Position numbers and translations under genes: made by a program
Shown here: piece by piece, positions 1 to 12,921 of the stretch
How positions within the stretch are numbered: the stretch's first letter is position 1
Layout of the letters: every line of letters starts with the position of its first letter
Source of the DNA: the human T2T-CHM13v2.0 reference genome, Homo sapiens
Direction: 5' to 3' (one strand)
Assembly (NCBI RefSeq): GCF_009914755.1
Contig: NC_060938.1
Length of the DNA stretch: 64,000 nt
Notes under the pieces: generated by a model
What the model was told of the DNA's origin: nothing
Seen by the model: only the letters and a program-made list of their open reading frames with translations
Databases searched by the model: none

Positions 1-19
1 GTGAATTTGATCCTGTCAT
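1..19 (-). pseudogene. Start of L1 ORF2 (endonuclease N-terminus MTGSNS..)
   Basis: Reverse complement of 1-19 is ATGACAGGATCAAATTCAC, 63 nt after the ORF1 stop. Confidence 0.9.
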
Positions 20-82
20 TATGATGTTAGCTGGTTATTTTGCTCGTTAGGTGATGCAGTTTCTTCCTAGCCTCGATGGTCT

Positions 83-1099
83 TTACAATTTGGCATGATT
101 TTTCAGTGGCTGGTACCACTTGTTCCTTTCCACGTTTAGTGCTTCCTTCAGGACCTCTTTTAGGGCAGGCCTGGTGATGACAAAATCTCTCAGCATTTGC
201 TTGTCTGTAAAGTATTTTATTTCTCCTCCACTTACAAAGCTTAGTTTGGCTGGATATGAAATTCTGGGTTGAAAATTATTTTCTTTAAGAATGTTGAATA
301 TTGGCCCCCACTCTCTTCTTGCTTGTAGAGTTTCTGCCGAGAGATCCACTGTTAGTCTGATGGGCTTCCCTTTGTGGGTAACCCGACCTTTCTCTCTGGC
401 TGCCCTTAACATTTTTTCCTTCATTTCAACTTTGGTGAATCTGACAATTATGTGTCTTGGGGTTGCTCTTCTCGAGGAGTATCTTTGTGGCATTCTGTGT
501 ATTTCCTGAATCTGAATGTTGGCCTGCCTTGCTAGATTGGGGAAGTTCTCCTGGATAATATCCTGCAGCGTGTTTTCCAACTTGGTTGCATTCTCCCCAT
601 CACTTTCAGGTACACCAATCAGATGTAGATTTGGTCTTTTCACATAGTCCCATATTTCTTGGAGGCTTTGTTCTTTTCTTTTTATTCTTTTTTCTCTAAA
701 CTTCCTTTCTCACTTCATTTCATTCATTTCACCTGCCATCACTGATACCCTTTCTTCCAGTTGATCACATCGGCTCCTGAGGCTTCTGCATTCTTCACGT
801 AGTTCTCGAGCCTTGGCTTTCAGCTCCATCATCTCCTTTAAGCACTTCTCTGTATTGGTTATTCTAGTTATACATTCGTCTAAATTTTTTTCAAAGTTTT
901 CAAATTCTTTGCCTTTGGTTTGAGTTTCCTCCTGTAGCTCAGAGTAATTTGATCGTCTGAAGCCTTCTTCTCTCAACTCGTCAAAGTCATTCTCCATCCA
1001 GCTTTGTTCTGTTGCTGATGAGGAGCTGCTTTCCTTTGGAGGAGGAGAGGCGCTCTGCTTTTTAGAGTTTCCAGTTTTTCCGCTCTGTTTTTTCCCCAT
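83..1099 (-). pseudogene. L1 ORF1p (338 codons) with a single in-frame nonsense codon at codon 130
   Basis: ORF-track pieces 710..1099 and 83..643 share one frame and span 1017 nt; TGA at 712..710 where the consensus has CGA (CpG decay). Confidence 0.93.
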
Positions 1100-2137
1100 C
1101 TTTGTGGTTTTATCTACTTTTGGTCTCTGATGATGGTGATGTACAGATGGGTTTTTGGTGTGGATGTCCTTTCTGTTTGTTAGTTTTCCTTCTAACAGAC
1201 AGGACCCTCAGCTGCAGGTCTGTTGGAGTTTGCTAGAGGTCCACTCCAGACCCTGTTTGCCTGGGTACCAGCAGTGGTGGCTGCAGAACAGCGGATTTTC
1301 GTGAACCGCGAATGCTGCTGTCTGATCCTTCCACTGGAAGTTTTATCTCAGAGGAGTACCCGGCCAGCCGTGTGAGGTGTCAGTCTGCCCCTACTGGTGG
1401 GTGCCTCCCAGTTAGGCTGCTCGGGGGTCAGGGGTCAGGGACCCACTTGAGGAGGCAGTCTGCCCATTGTCAGATCTCCAGCTGCGTGCTGGGAGAACCA
1501 CTGCTCTCTTCAAAGCTGTCAGACAGGGACATTAAAGTCTGCAGAGTTTACTGCTGTCTTTTTGTTTGTCTGTGCCCTGCCCCCAGAGGTGGAGCCTACA
1601 GAGGCAGGCAGGCCTCCTTGAGCTGTGGTGGGCTCCACCCAGTTCGAGCTGCCGGGCTGCTTTGTTTACCTAAGCAAGCCTGGGCAATGGCAGGCGCCCC
1701 TCCCCCAGCCTCGCTGCCACCTTGCAGTTTGATCTCAGACTGCTGTGCTAGGAATCAGCGAGACTCCTTGGGTGTAGGATCCTCAGAGCCATGTGTGGGA
1801 TATAATCTCCTTCTGCGCCGTTTTTTAAGCCCATCGGAAAAGCGCAGTATTAGGTTGGGAGTGACCTAATTTTCCAGGTGCTGTCTGCCACCCCTTTCTT
1901 TGATTAGGAAAGGGAACTTCCTGACCCCTTGCGCTTCCCGAGTGAGGCAATGCCTCACCCTGCTTCAGCTCGCGCACAGTGTGCTGCACCCCCTGTCCTG
2001 CGCCCACTGTCTGGCACTCCCTAGTGAGATGAACCCGGTACCTCATATGGAAATGCAGAAATCACCCGTCTTCTGCGTCGCTCATGCAGGGAGCTGTAGA
2101 CCGGAGCTGTTTCTATTCGGCCGTCTTGGCTCCAGCC
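1100..2137 (-). promoter_or_regulatory. L1 5'UTR: internal sense promoter, antisense promoter firing on +, retained ~129-bp ZNF93-binding segment (~1225-1353)
   Basis: CpG-containing L1PA 5'UTR; the segment between two GGAGT repeats (1225, 1353) is the block deleted in younger L1PA3-L1HS. The YY1 core is changed to AAGACGG. Confidence 0.8.
1687..1869 (+). CDS. L1 ORF0 (antisense 5'UTR ORF), truncated to 60 aa; in frame with an upstream ATG at 1312 (185 aa)
   Basis: MAGAPPPASLPPCSLISDCCARNQRDSLGVG..SEKRSIRLGVT* matches the known 71-aa primate ORF0; premature TAA at codon 61. Expression unknown. Confidence 0.8.
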   Translation: MAGAPPPASLPPCSLISDCCARNQRDSLGVGSSEPCVGYNLLLRRFLSPSEKRSIRLGVT

Positions 2138-4127
2138 AGGATCCTTTCTTATCCATGACTTTTGAGAGTTTGATTAGTAAATGCCTTGAAATAGTCTTCT
2201 TTGGGTTAAAATTGCTTGGTGTTCCATGACCTTCTTGTAGCTGGATATCTTTCTCTTAAGTTGGGAGAATTTTCTGTTATTATTTATTTGAATACATTTC
2301 TACCCTGATCTGTCTCTCTAGTTTCTCTTTCAGGCCAATAACTATTGGATTTTCCTTTTGAAGTTATTTTTTAAATCCTGGAAATGTGTTTAATTCTTTT
2401 TTATTCTTTTCTCTTTTGTTTCCTCTGGCTGTGTATTTTCAAATAGACTGCCTGCAAGATCACTAATTCTTTCCTTTGCTTGACCATTTCTGCTAATGAG
2501 AGACCCTGATGCATTTTTAATGTATCAATTGAGTTTTCCAGCTCCAGAATTTCTGCTTGAATTTTTTTTGTTATTTCAATCTCCGTTAAATTCCTCTGAT
2601 AGGATTCTAAATTCCTTCTCTTTGTTTTCTTGAAGCTCATTGAGCTTTCTCAGAATGGCTAGTTTGAATTCTCTGTCTGAAAGGTCACATATCTCTGTCT
2701 CTCCATGATTGGTTGTTGGTGCCTTATTTAGTTCATTTGGTGAGGTCATGTTTTCCTGGATTTTTTTATGCTTTTGGATAATTGTCAATGTCTGGGTATT
2801 AAAGAATTAGGTATTTAATCTTTGAAGTCTGGACTTCATCCTTCTTAAGAATGCTTTCCAGAAATTCAAAGGGAATTTTGTGTTGTGATCTAAGTCTTTG
2901 GTCACTGCAGGTCTATCTGCAGTATGAAGTGCTCCAAGGCCAGGAATACTGTGGCTCTTGCAGACTCTTACACCTTGGGTTGCTTCGATACCATTGAGGA
3001 GAATTCCCCACATTACCTGGCAGTCTTTCATTCTTTTCATTCGCATTCCCCCAAAGAGAAAGAGTCTCTCTCTCCATGCTGGAGTGCCTGAAGTTGGGGG
3101 ATAGGTGACCCAAGCACCCTCATGGCCACTATAGCTGGGACTGCAGTGGGTCACACCTGAAGCCTGCACATTTCTGGGTCCTGTCCAAGGCCCATGGTGA
3201 CTACTGCCTAGATACTGCTGATTTTATTCAAAGCCTAAGAGCTCTTTAGTAAGCCAGTAGTAAATCCTGCCAGTAATGGATCCTTTCCTTCCATGCAGGA
3301 CGTTCCCTTCTGGCCCAGGGTAAGTCTAGAAATGCTGTCCAGGAGCTAGGGCTTGGAATTGGGGGCTTCAGGAATCTGCTTGGTGCTTTAATGTGGCTGA
3401 CCTGGTACCCAAGTTGCAAGACAAAGTTCTCTTTACTCTTCCCTCTCCTTTCTACAAGTGAAAGGAGTCTCTCCTGAGCTGCACTTCCTGGAGATGAGGT
3501 AGAGGTGATCCAAGCACTTCCTTGGCTAACACAACTGGTGTCTCGCTGGATTGCATGCATTCCAATTCCACTGGCTGTGAATCTAGTGCAGCAACTGGAC
3601 TTTCCCAAGATTGCAGTCCTTGTAGCCACACTACCTTTCAAATATATTCAAGACCTCAGAGCTCTTTAGTTAGTTGGTGTTGTAGCTAGCCAGAACTTGG
3701 ATTCCTGCTGCTGTGACAGAGAATTCCTTTTAGCTGGTGCTAGTTTAAATGCTCCCTCTGTGGGCACTGACAGAATTCTTCCCTGTGTTGTGTTCTGCTG
3801 TGACAGGGCTATGCTGAGTTCCAGTGCAAAGTCCCAGAATCTGTTCACTCTACTTCCCCTGTACACACAGATTCTCTTTTCATGCAGTGTGGTGCTGCTG
3901 GGAGATGTAGAAAAAGTGGTATAGTTAATGCAAGATTAATGCAAGACTTTCCTTCCTAACCTCTTCAGTGCCTCTTTCCTTGATATAATGTTAAAACCAG
4001 GCAATGTGATAACTCATCTGATTTTTGGTTCTTATGAAGGTGTTGTGTGGATGTTTGTTCAATATGGTGTTCCTGTTGGGGGACAGCTGTTGGAGGGTTC
4101 TATTCAGCCATCTTGCTTCACCCCCCC
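2138..4127 (-). mobile_element. Old L1 (L1MA1-4/L1M1 type) 5'UTR plus N-terminal ORF1, interrupted by the L1PA3/4
   Basis: 5' terminus GGGGGGGTGAAGCAAGATGGCTGAATAGAACC at ~4127; ORF1 remnant QENMTSPNELNKAP..EICDLSDREFK (2576..2788). Confidence 0.85.
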
Positions 4128-4599
4128 AGCTAAAAAAAATTAAGTAAGATATCTTCTTTCCACACTGGAAACATGGTCTGGTGTATGTCAGTGGCTGTTA
4201 GTCTTTTAAATCCAAAATGTTTAAAAAATACTCAACTGTTTATGTTTGGAAAAACTGCTGCTTTGTGCAGTAGCTTGAGTATGTGCCATAAAAATTTGAT
4301 CTCTAGTGCTACTATACCTATAAGATGTTATGGCGGCATTGCAATTATAATAGTTCTGTTGATATCATAATTGCTCTGAAGAGCCATTACAATGTAAATA
4401 TGCAAGTGCTTCTGACAAGCTGTGCTGTTAAATTAAGCTACCTCAAACAAACTAAATATAATAGTGTGGATATAACAAGCTGCTGAAGAAGTGGTGTTGA
4501 AGACACTGCCTTCCTTCTTTGCTAAATGAGTAGGGAATAAGGAAGCAAATTGTTTGTATTTTAGTTTAAGAATTAAAGTAGAACCACAAACCTACAAGG

Positions 4600-4745
4600 G
4601 CCTAAATAGTCATTTAGCTCATCCCTTTTACTTTTGAGAAAAGAGGAAGAGGCACAGGTAGGTTAAATAACTTACTTGAGGTTTCACAGCTAATGGCCTA
4701 ACCAGAACTAGAATTTGAGGCTTGACTTCTGTTCAGAATTTCTTT
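4600..4745 (-). mobile_element. MIR fragment
   Basis: gaggcacaggtaggttaaataacttacttgaggtttcacagcta resembles the reverse complement of the MIR core. Confidence 0.65.
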
Positions 4746-4868
4746 CACTAGATAATTCCCATTCAGCAACAAAGTGACTTCAAGTAAATATAGTTGTTCT
4801 AAAATACATGTTGTTTCTCCATTTTGGGGAAAGTCTTATTCCCTGTCCTCTTATAAAATCTTAATCAT

Positions 4869-5257
4869 TTTATCAGTCTGTTTTTACTCTGCTGTAAAGA
4901 AATACCTCAAACTAGGTAATTTATTAAAAAAAAGAAGTTTAATTGGCTCAGGATTCTGCAGACTGTACAGGAAGCATGGCTAGTGAGGCTACAGGAAACT
5001 TACAATCATGGTGGAAGGTGAAGAGGAAGGGGGCATGTCTTACATGGTAAGAGCAAGAGGAGGAAAGAGTGGGGAGAGTGGGGAGAGGTGCCACACACTT
5101 TTGAACAACCAGATCTTGTGAGAACTCACTATCATGAGAACAGCAAGGGGGAAATCTGCCCCCATCATCAAACCACCTCCCACCAGGCCCCTCCTCCAAC
5201 ATTGGGGATTCAGTTTGACATGAGATTTGGGTTAGGACACAAATCCAAACCATATCA
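4869..5257 (-). mobile_element. MSTA-like MaLR solo LTR
   Basis: Minus strand starts TGATATGGTTTGGATTTGTGTCC..CAAATCTCATG; 5-bp TSD ATCAT (4864-4868) / ATCAC (5258-5262). Confidence 0.9.
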
Positions 5258-5790
5258 ATCACCATGTACCTTGTTCTTCAAATGAGGGTGAAATGTTAAC
5301 TAGTTTTTTGTTTCACTGGCAAAACTAACCCAAATTAACAGTAGAATGCTCTTCTCATATAAATAAAAAGATTTTGGTGGGATAGAAGAAAATGCCTTCT
5401 GAAACAGTATTGGACTATCCCTTTTCCAGGAGGGTAATCAGGTGACTGCCTGGGAACATGTTCTTTCTGGCCATTGTAGGATAGGGACAAGGAAAGCTTG
5501 GGGCAGTGGATTAGTGAGGTCAGCAGAGGCCTGCTAGCCTGGATATTTAACTAATCATGGTATTTGGGAGTGGCCTGCTTGTTGGTCCTAGATCAACTGC
5601 ATAATGAAAGAACTAAAGAGTTTGAAATGTTAAATTTTATTTTGTAGAGCATTACACATTTTAGTGAAACATTTCCATTGGAAACTGTTGATATAGGCTT
5701 CATTTCTCATGTTTCCTTTCCATAAAATTAAGTGTGGGTAAGAGTAAGCAACTCCAGGAGAAGGCAGAACATCTTAATTTAGTGATTTAT

Positions 5791-5936
5791 TAATTAAATA
5801 TATATATTTTGAAAGGGGGTCGTGCTTTGTTTCCCAGGCTGGAGTGCAGTGGCATGATTGCAGCTCACTGCAGCCTCAAACTCCTGGCTCAAGCATTCCT
5901 CCAGTGTCAGCCTTCTAGGTAGCTGGGATTACAGGC
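5791..5936 (-). mobile_element. Alu right monomer (FRAM or truncated AluJ)
   Basis: cccaggctggagtgcagtggcatgattgcagctcactgcagcctcaaactcctgg; degenerate TSD aatttagtgatt / aatttggtgatt. Confidence 0.85.
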
Positions 5937-6029
5937 AATTTGGTGATTCTTCATTAGTGATTTTAACTAGTGATTCCTTAGAGATAGCTGTTAAGCAACC
6001 ATTGACAATTATTTGAAAAGTTACGGTTA

Positions 6030-6290
6030 TGTGTACTTTGTAGGAGAATCCTGGAGCACCTTGAGAGGGCAAAACCACAGCTGGCTTCCTTCACAAAGTG
6101 GCACTTGAGCTAACCTCAAACTGAGAAAGTAGTAGGAAATAAAGAGGCACAGAACAGAGGAAGACCTTTCCAGCAAAGGGCAAAGATCTCAAAGTATAAA
6201 GGAATATGGCTTATTTAAGAAACAGAAAAGGTTATTATAGCTGGGAAGCAGAAAAAAGAACAGGAATGGCCAGAAAAGAGGCTCATGAGA
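6030..6290 (-). mobile_element. L2 fragment
   Basis: Purine-rich L2-like motifs (gcttccttcacaaagtggcacttgagct..ttccagcaaagggcaaag). Confidence 0.45.
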
Positions 6291-7304
6291 GTGATCATCA
6301 GATGATGCTTAGTAATCAGATATTTAATAAACTATAGATGTATATGTATTTGAGGCAGTTTGATTTTTAAAGAATATAGTGGAATGACATTTTAAATTAA
6401 AGGTTTTGTACTTCTAAATATTTCACTGAAGAGAGATTAACTGAGAGAATATTAGGAAAGAATATATTGATGTGTGAAGTTAATAATAGGCTTGATAAAT
6501 TAGTTAATTAGTTGATATTTTATGAATGAGTATATTTCAAAATCAAGAAAGATCAATTATTTTATTTACAAGCAAATGTAACACATGCCTAACTTATAAT
6601 GGAGTGCATTAAATAATGAAACAGATTGATTTTAGTTATCACCGTCCTTTCCCCAAGATGAGACATACTTGATTTTTTCTTTTCTAATAATTCATTATTA
6701 TTGAATTAGCTTTGTTTATTCATTCAACATTTTCCTCATTTTTCTTACTCTTGGTTGATTATATTCTGAAAGATTGCAACTTGTCAGTTTGAAAATAATT
6801 TTAAAAGTTATTTAACTCTAAATTGGTTGATTCATGTCTCAAACTTCAGAGTAGTTTGCCATAGGTGCTGCTGGGAAATATATACTAACTGGCTATTGAA
6901 GTAATGATAGGAGATGATCAAGCAACCAAAGGGAGTAAAACTTGTGACTGAAACTTTTAAATACAATTTTCTGATGAAAAGTCAGCCATTAAAAATAGTT
7001 TAGCTCTATTTTTAATGACATAAATTTACTAATGCATTTTATTTGCAAACTTAATAATATTAAATAAAAATCCCTGTATTGCCCAGCCTTAAATAGTAAT
7101 AATATGGTTACTTTTAACTGGTTTTTATTATACTCTTTTTTGAAAAACTGGTAGTCATATGATAACACATCCCATTACCAGTGTAGGAGTCAAATTGAAT
7201 ATTTGTTATTTTTTATACTTCCCAGATAAATTTATTATTTAGGTATTCACATGTTTCTAATATGGGGTCATGTCTCAAACAGGTGCAGATGCAGATGGAC
7301 TTTG

Positions 7305-7690
7305 TAGTGAGCATCAATCGACGGCCAGGTGCTGTATTGGGCACTACAGCACAGTCAGGAGCTTATCAAGACAGGAATGATATTTATGCTCATGAGACTT
7401 ACAGTCTGGGTGGAGAGAAAGACATTTTAACTAATTATTTAAAATACAGTATCAAGTTTACAAGAACACATGAAGAAAGGGAACTAGCTTTATTTGGTGT
7501 GGTCCTGAGCGGGTGAGGGCACCCAGAAAAATCTTTCTTCTGTAAACTACATTTAAGCAGAAAGCTGCAGATAATTACAAAAGAAAAATGGGCTAAGTGG
7601 GAGGAGCCCTTGAGGAAAGGCCTTGAAGTGGAGGGAAGTGGGATCAGGTCAAGGGACTAAAAATTCTAGGCAGAGGCCAGTGAGTGAGAG
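7305..7690 (-). mobile_element. L2 3' fragment
   Basis: gagcatc..ccaggtgctgtattgggcact..gctcatgagacttacagtct resembles the reverse complement of the L2 3' end. Confidence 0.6.
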
Positions 7691-8377
7691 CCACCAAAAG
7701 TCAAGTATTGCCACCTTCACCACTCTACCTGCAGAGATTCTTTCTCTTCAGATATTAAATTTGTTGTTAAGATTTTTTTAGGTTCTTTTTACTTAACAGA
7801 TTGAGAAAAATAAAAAAAAATGTTATTTTCACTGCCTTTTCTTCTCTTATGCCAAACATTGAAGATCATGAAAATTTGCTTGCTTCCAAAGAATCATGAA
7901 AAACTGGGATTTAAATTGGACTGTTTCACAAGAATGAAATGTAAAAAGCTTTCCAGGAAAAGATGAAAATAGAAGAAATTATACAAGGAGGAGTGGGAAT
8001 TATCTTTTTTGTATTTTTTTTAACTGAAGTCAGGGAAGACATCACAAAATATGAACCAGGATTTTCAAAGCTTGAACATTTAGGTATAGATTCTAATTTG
8101 CCCACAGACTTAAATTTGCAGAAAAAACAGGCAGGCTAAATGGTGTTTGTCTCAGGCCAAATCTGCCACATTGTACCTACAGAGTCTAGTCTACTTTTGG
8201 GCAGGACTATTTTAAAATATGTCAGAAAGTAGAATATGTTCTTTTTTAAAAAACTGAAAAACATTTCATGCTGTATAAACTTCAATTTATTGTCAAAGAA
8301 TTGTGATTAAATTTCCATTATGCTTCCTGCTGTATTACTTTTACAAACTGCTTCTCACAGGCTAGGCAGAGACAGAG

Positions 8378-8610
8378 GCAATATAGCTTACAAGTTAGAA
8401 AAAGACTCTGACCATAGATTGCTGGGGGTCCTATCCTGGCTCCTCCAATTACTGGCTGTGTGCCCTTGGACAAGCTTCTTGAATCCTTTTTGTTTAAAAG
8501 GGATAAATATTATACCTACTTCATGGAGTCAGTGATGAGGATTAAATGAGATAATATGTAATGCATAGAGGAGTGCCTGGCATATAGTAAGCAAAAAGTA
8601 AACATTAACT
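8378..8610 (+). mobile_element. MIR, near full length
   Basis: ttactggctgtgtgcccttggacaagc..tacctacttcatgg..gaggattaaatgagataata..gtgcctggcatatagtaagc. Confidence 0.85.
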
Positions 8611-11600
8611 GCAAAAAGACCTTAGACTTCCTGTGTCTGCTCAGGTGCATGCACTAGTACAGTGTAAGTCTGGTACAATAAACCAGGGAGGAGAAAGAGG
8701 TCTCTCTTACAGCCTTGAGAGGTGACATAAATTTAATAGTGGTCAGATGAAAGGCTGGTAGTGCTGCTATTGTTTTATTTTCTGTAGAAACTATAGTTAA
8801 TGGCCCCCCACCTTAAAATATTTTATGAAATAAAAACATTCAGATTATGCCTTGCTAATTTTACAAACTCAAGTTCAGTGAATCAGGGAATGTGAAGCTT
8901 TGTTCAGGATTGATATGTAGAGGAGGCTTATACTTGTTCCTGTCTTACTACAGGATATGAGTGTTGATCCCACAAGAGGCTGTGATTTCTTTGAATTTAG
9001 GCTTAGATAAAATAACAAAAGGTGAGATTTGTTGATCCTACCTATACTCAATCCCTCATCTTTCTCATTTCCTTTTTAAAAAATCTCTAAAATATTTAAA
9101 AATAAAACCATGATATACTAGTTATCATCTGCTCCCTATTTACTGTCCTCCTTTTATTCCTTCTTCAAACCTTTCCTGTTGTCCTTGCTCCTCGACTGCC
9201 TTCTTAGATCCTATACTTTCTCATCATCTTAATCTGTGTCCTCCTTTCTCTGAATCCTGCCTATCTTTTCTTCATATTGAAGAGAGAAATGGGAAATGTT
9301 AGCTTGGGCCAGAAGTAAGGAGAGAGAAGGAAAAGAGCAAAATGTAGCAAAAAGGGAGAGGTGGTCCTAAGAGACACATTAAATATATCTGGCTTATGCA
9401 CTGAATCCTCAACTCCGGCTTTTGCTGTGCATTTCTTGGACATAAACATGTTTAATCTTCTATTTGTTTGAGATGATTTGTGTATTATAATTCACTATTT
9501 CTAATTAGGCTGATTTTTGTTTCTCTCTTTTTTTTCTTTTTCTTTTCATCAAGAACATAGAAGAAAAGGGACAGAATGAGATCAGAAAAAAAGGAGGTAA
9601 AATCTCTGGAAGAGCCTCTCCCCTGTTTGTCTTTATTTTATAATTTTATATTTATTTAGCTGATAAATTACTGTTGCACTCCCAGAGTTCAGATTTGCTC
9701 CATCACAGGACCATTTATTTTTCATGTAGGGAGACCATTTACCTGACCTGCTTCCCCTGGTTCGCAGTGGTCCTAGTGAGCTGCTGTCTGACTCTGGCTG
9801 TTTAGACCTTTGCCACCACACCCCATCCCAGCCTGGCAGTGAAGATCCATCTCACGATGCTCTGACTCAATGTCTGGCATCCTCCTGAGCGGCAGGCCCG
9901 CAGCTCACTTCACTGAACCTTTTTGTGCTAAGACCTCTCCTGAGCCCTGTTGAAAAATGTCAGACAAATTCATGGACTATGTGTATTAGCATGTTATCAG
10001 AGAGGACTAAAATCTAAGTTACCATGCTCGCCTGTTGCTAAGCAGTGTCCTCAAGGCGGCCTTAAGCCCCTACTGGGTCTCAGAGGAAGAGCAGTTCATA
10101 GAAAGTTTTCACATCCTGGTAGCCACACAGGTAGCTCTCTATGGGCACTAACTTCCTCTGCCAGTCTTTGTTTTTGCTTTCCGCTCTATCTATCAGGAAC
10201 ACCTTTCTTGTCCTGGTCTAATTGTCAGTACCTAGCCTACACATCTTTCCTGACACTGTGCTGGGTCAGTTATACGTGATTTATGTGGCAGAGAACCATG
10301 CACACTCTTCTATCACAGGGCTTTAAACATTTGGGTCTGATTTTGTACAGACTGAACTGTCTACTCCTATGTTCCCACCATTCTTGAAACTCCTTCAGAG
10401 AAGGCCCATGCTCTCTTTATTTTGAATTACTAGCACTTTGCACATCACTTGGAACCTTGTAGGTAATCAACCCAGTATTAACATGTTGCAAGAACATGCT
10501 GTCTATGGTGGGAAGACTAGTAGAGAAAATTTTGGGGCAGGTGACAGAGGTTTTGAGGGGAGGCAAAGAACCACGTGTGGACTATGTAGTAGTATCCCAG
10601 ATGGTGTTGTTGAAGATGCTGTTTCCAGGATCTGTTCCTAAGCTCAGATAATTATTCTTTGAAGGCATTATTTTGTACATATCTGCAATTAAATAACCTG
10701 AATGATCGTGTCTTTATTTTTATATGTGTGGCATAAGAGACAATGTGATTGATTTCCTGAGAATAGGCATTTTTAATCTTACATTTCTATTTTTTAAAAT
10801 TTCTTCGCTGAAATATCAATTTTGGGTTAAACAGTTTTGGCTTTTATGTGTAAGCTAATATATCTTCTCAAAGTTTCAATCTTGACTTTTCATCATTTTC
10901 TCTCATTATTTTAGCTTGCTTGTAGCATTGTGGGTGAAGAAGGTCCATGTAGAGAGGTCATTTCTTTGTCCTCTTGCCCCAGGTGGGACAGCTGTGTCAT
11001 CCAGACAGTTGGCCAGAATCTTGTAGAGGGACATGATGAAAGCTTGTCAATCTGTTCGTCAGTCTGTGTTTTGAAGCAAATGACTAGTTTAGAAATCCTT
11101 ATAGTAAAAGTCAGTTCAAATACTAACCCCTTGTTGCTTTATCTCAGTTCTATACTGCACAGAAATGATTTTAAACACTGGCGATTATAAATTGGTGCAA
11201 GAAAGAAAATGTAATCACTTATAATGTACATTCTAAATGGTGTGCACATGTATGTTACTATTTCTCTTTGAAATATTATAGTTTCTCCCATTCAGTCCAA
11301 GTAGGAAAATAAACTAGGAATAAACAGATCTATGGATTCTCTCTACCATATATTATATAGATATTTGAGGCACATGGTTGATTAAAAATGCTACTAACAA
11401 TATCTATATTGTTTTGAGAAAAAGTAAACCAAAAATAAAAAATAACTTATACCAGTATTGCATGTTAAGAAAAATTAAGATCTAACATATCCACTCACCT
11501 AGTTTCTAATATTCATCTTGTCTGTAGTTTGATCTTGGATAAGAGTCACTTTTTCAATGTTAAATCCAGACAACTCTTTGCTCTTTGCATCTTTAAAATG

Positions 11601-12294
11601 TTTTATCAAGCATATGTTAGTAACATTTCTGTTAATTGTCTCTGAATATACTGAAAAACTTATGTGAACGTAGAATTGTTACTTAAGTAGGATTGGAGGC
11701 CTGCAGAGCAGATTGTAAATTTTGCAATTGCATTTTAGAGCCGGCTCAACCTAGCTTATAATTATTTTCTTGGCTTTTATTCATGTAATGGACATGGGTG
11801 GTTTCTGTGAGCACCAGATTGAAATGAATATTGAAGTTTGTATTTCTTTACTTGAGAAGAGTGACTTTTCCAGTTAGGCCCAAAACACAGCCCTCCTTAT
11901 GGACAAAAATAATCAGAACATTCTTCAAAAAGTATATTTCAGCCCTTCATCATATTAACAATGGAATGAAGGTTGAGAACTGCTCCCTAAAAAAGTGATT
12001 CTTAGGGTTTTGATGTGAATTTTTCACATATAGAAATATGGCATAATTGCTTTTCCATCCTCCTCCCCTCCTCTGTCCTATATTCCTCCTTTCTTTCCCT
12101 GCGTTTGGTGAGGTTAAGCAACTCTGATGAAAATGTAAAAAGTAAAATTTAAACTTTATTTTCCTTAGTTTACATTAATTTATTTTCTAAGTAACTGTAT
12201 GGTATATAAATTCCAGTGTAAGAACCAATTTGTATCCCATAAAATCAGTGTGATTTGTACACATACTTCCAACATACATATTTAAAATGTTTAT

Positions 12295-12877
<583 letters not shown>

Positions 12878-12921
12878 AAATATTTATTTTTAATAAGTCT
12901 TTAGTATTCCATGGTGTGTGT

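Larger units (their letters stand above)
1..2137 (-). mobile_element. L1PA3/L1PA4 LINE-1 with complete 5' end (5'UTR, ORF1, start of ORF2); runs off the left edge
   Basis: Minus strand begins GGCTGGAGCCAAGACGGCCGAATAGAAACAGCTCCGG at 2137; ~1038-nt 5'UTR; ORF1 MGKKQ..; 63-nt inter-ORF spacer; ORF2 ATGACAGGATCAAATTCAC at 19..1. The long 5'UTR and ORF1 residues (SNYSELQEE..TKGKE..NFEKNLDECITRI) fit L1PA3-long/L1PA4. Confidence 0.95.

Noticed and set aside
3925-3946. 11-bp tandem duplication TTAATGCAAGA
   Set aside because: Ordinary slippage inside an old L1.
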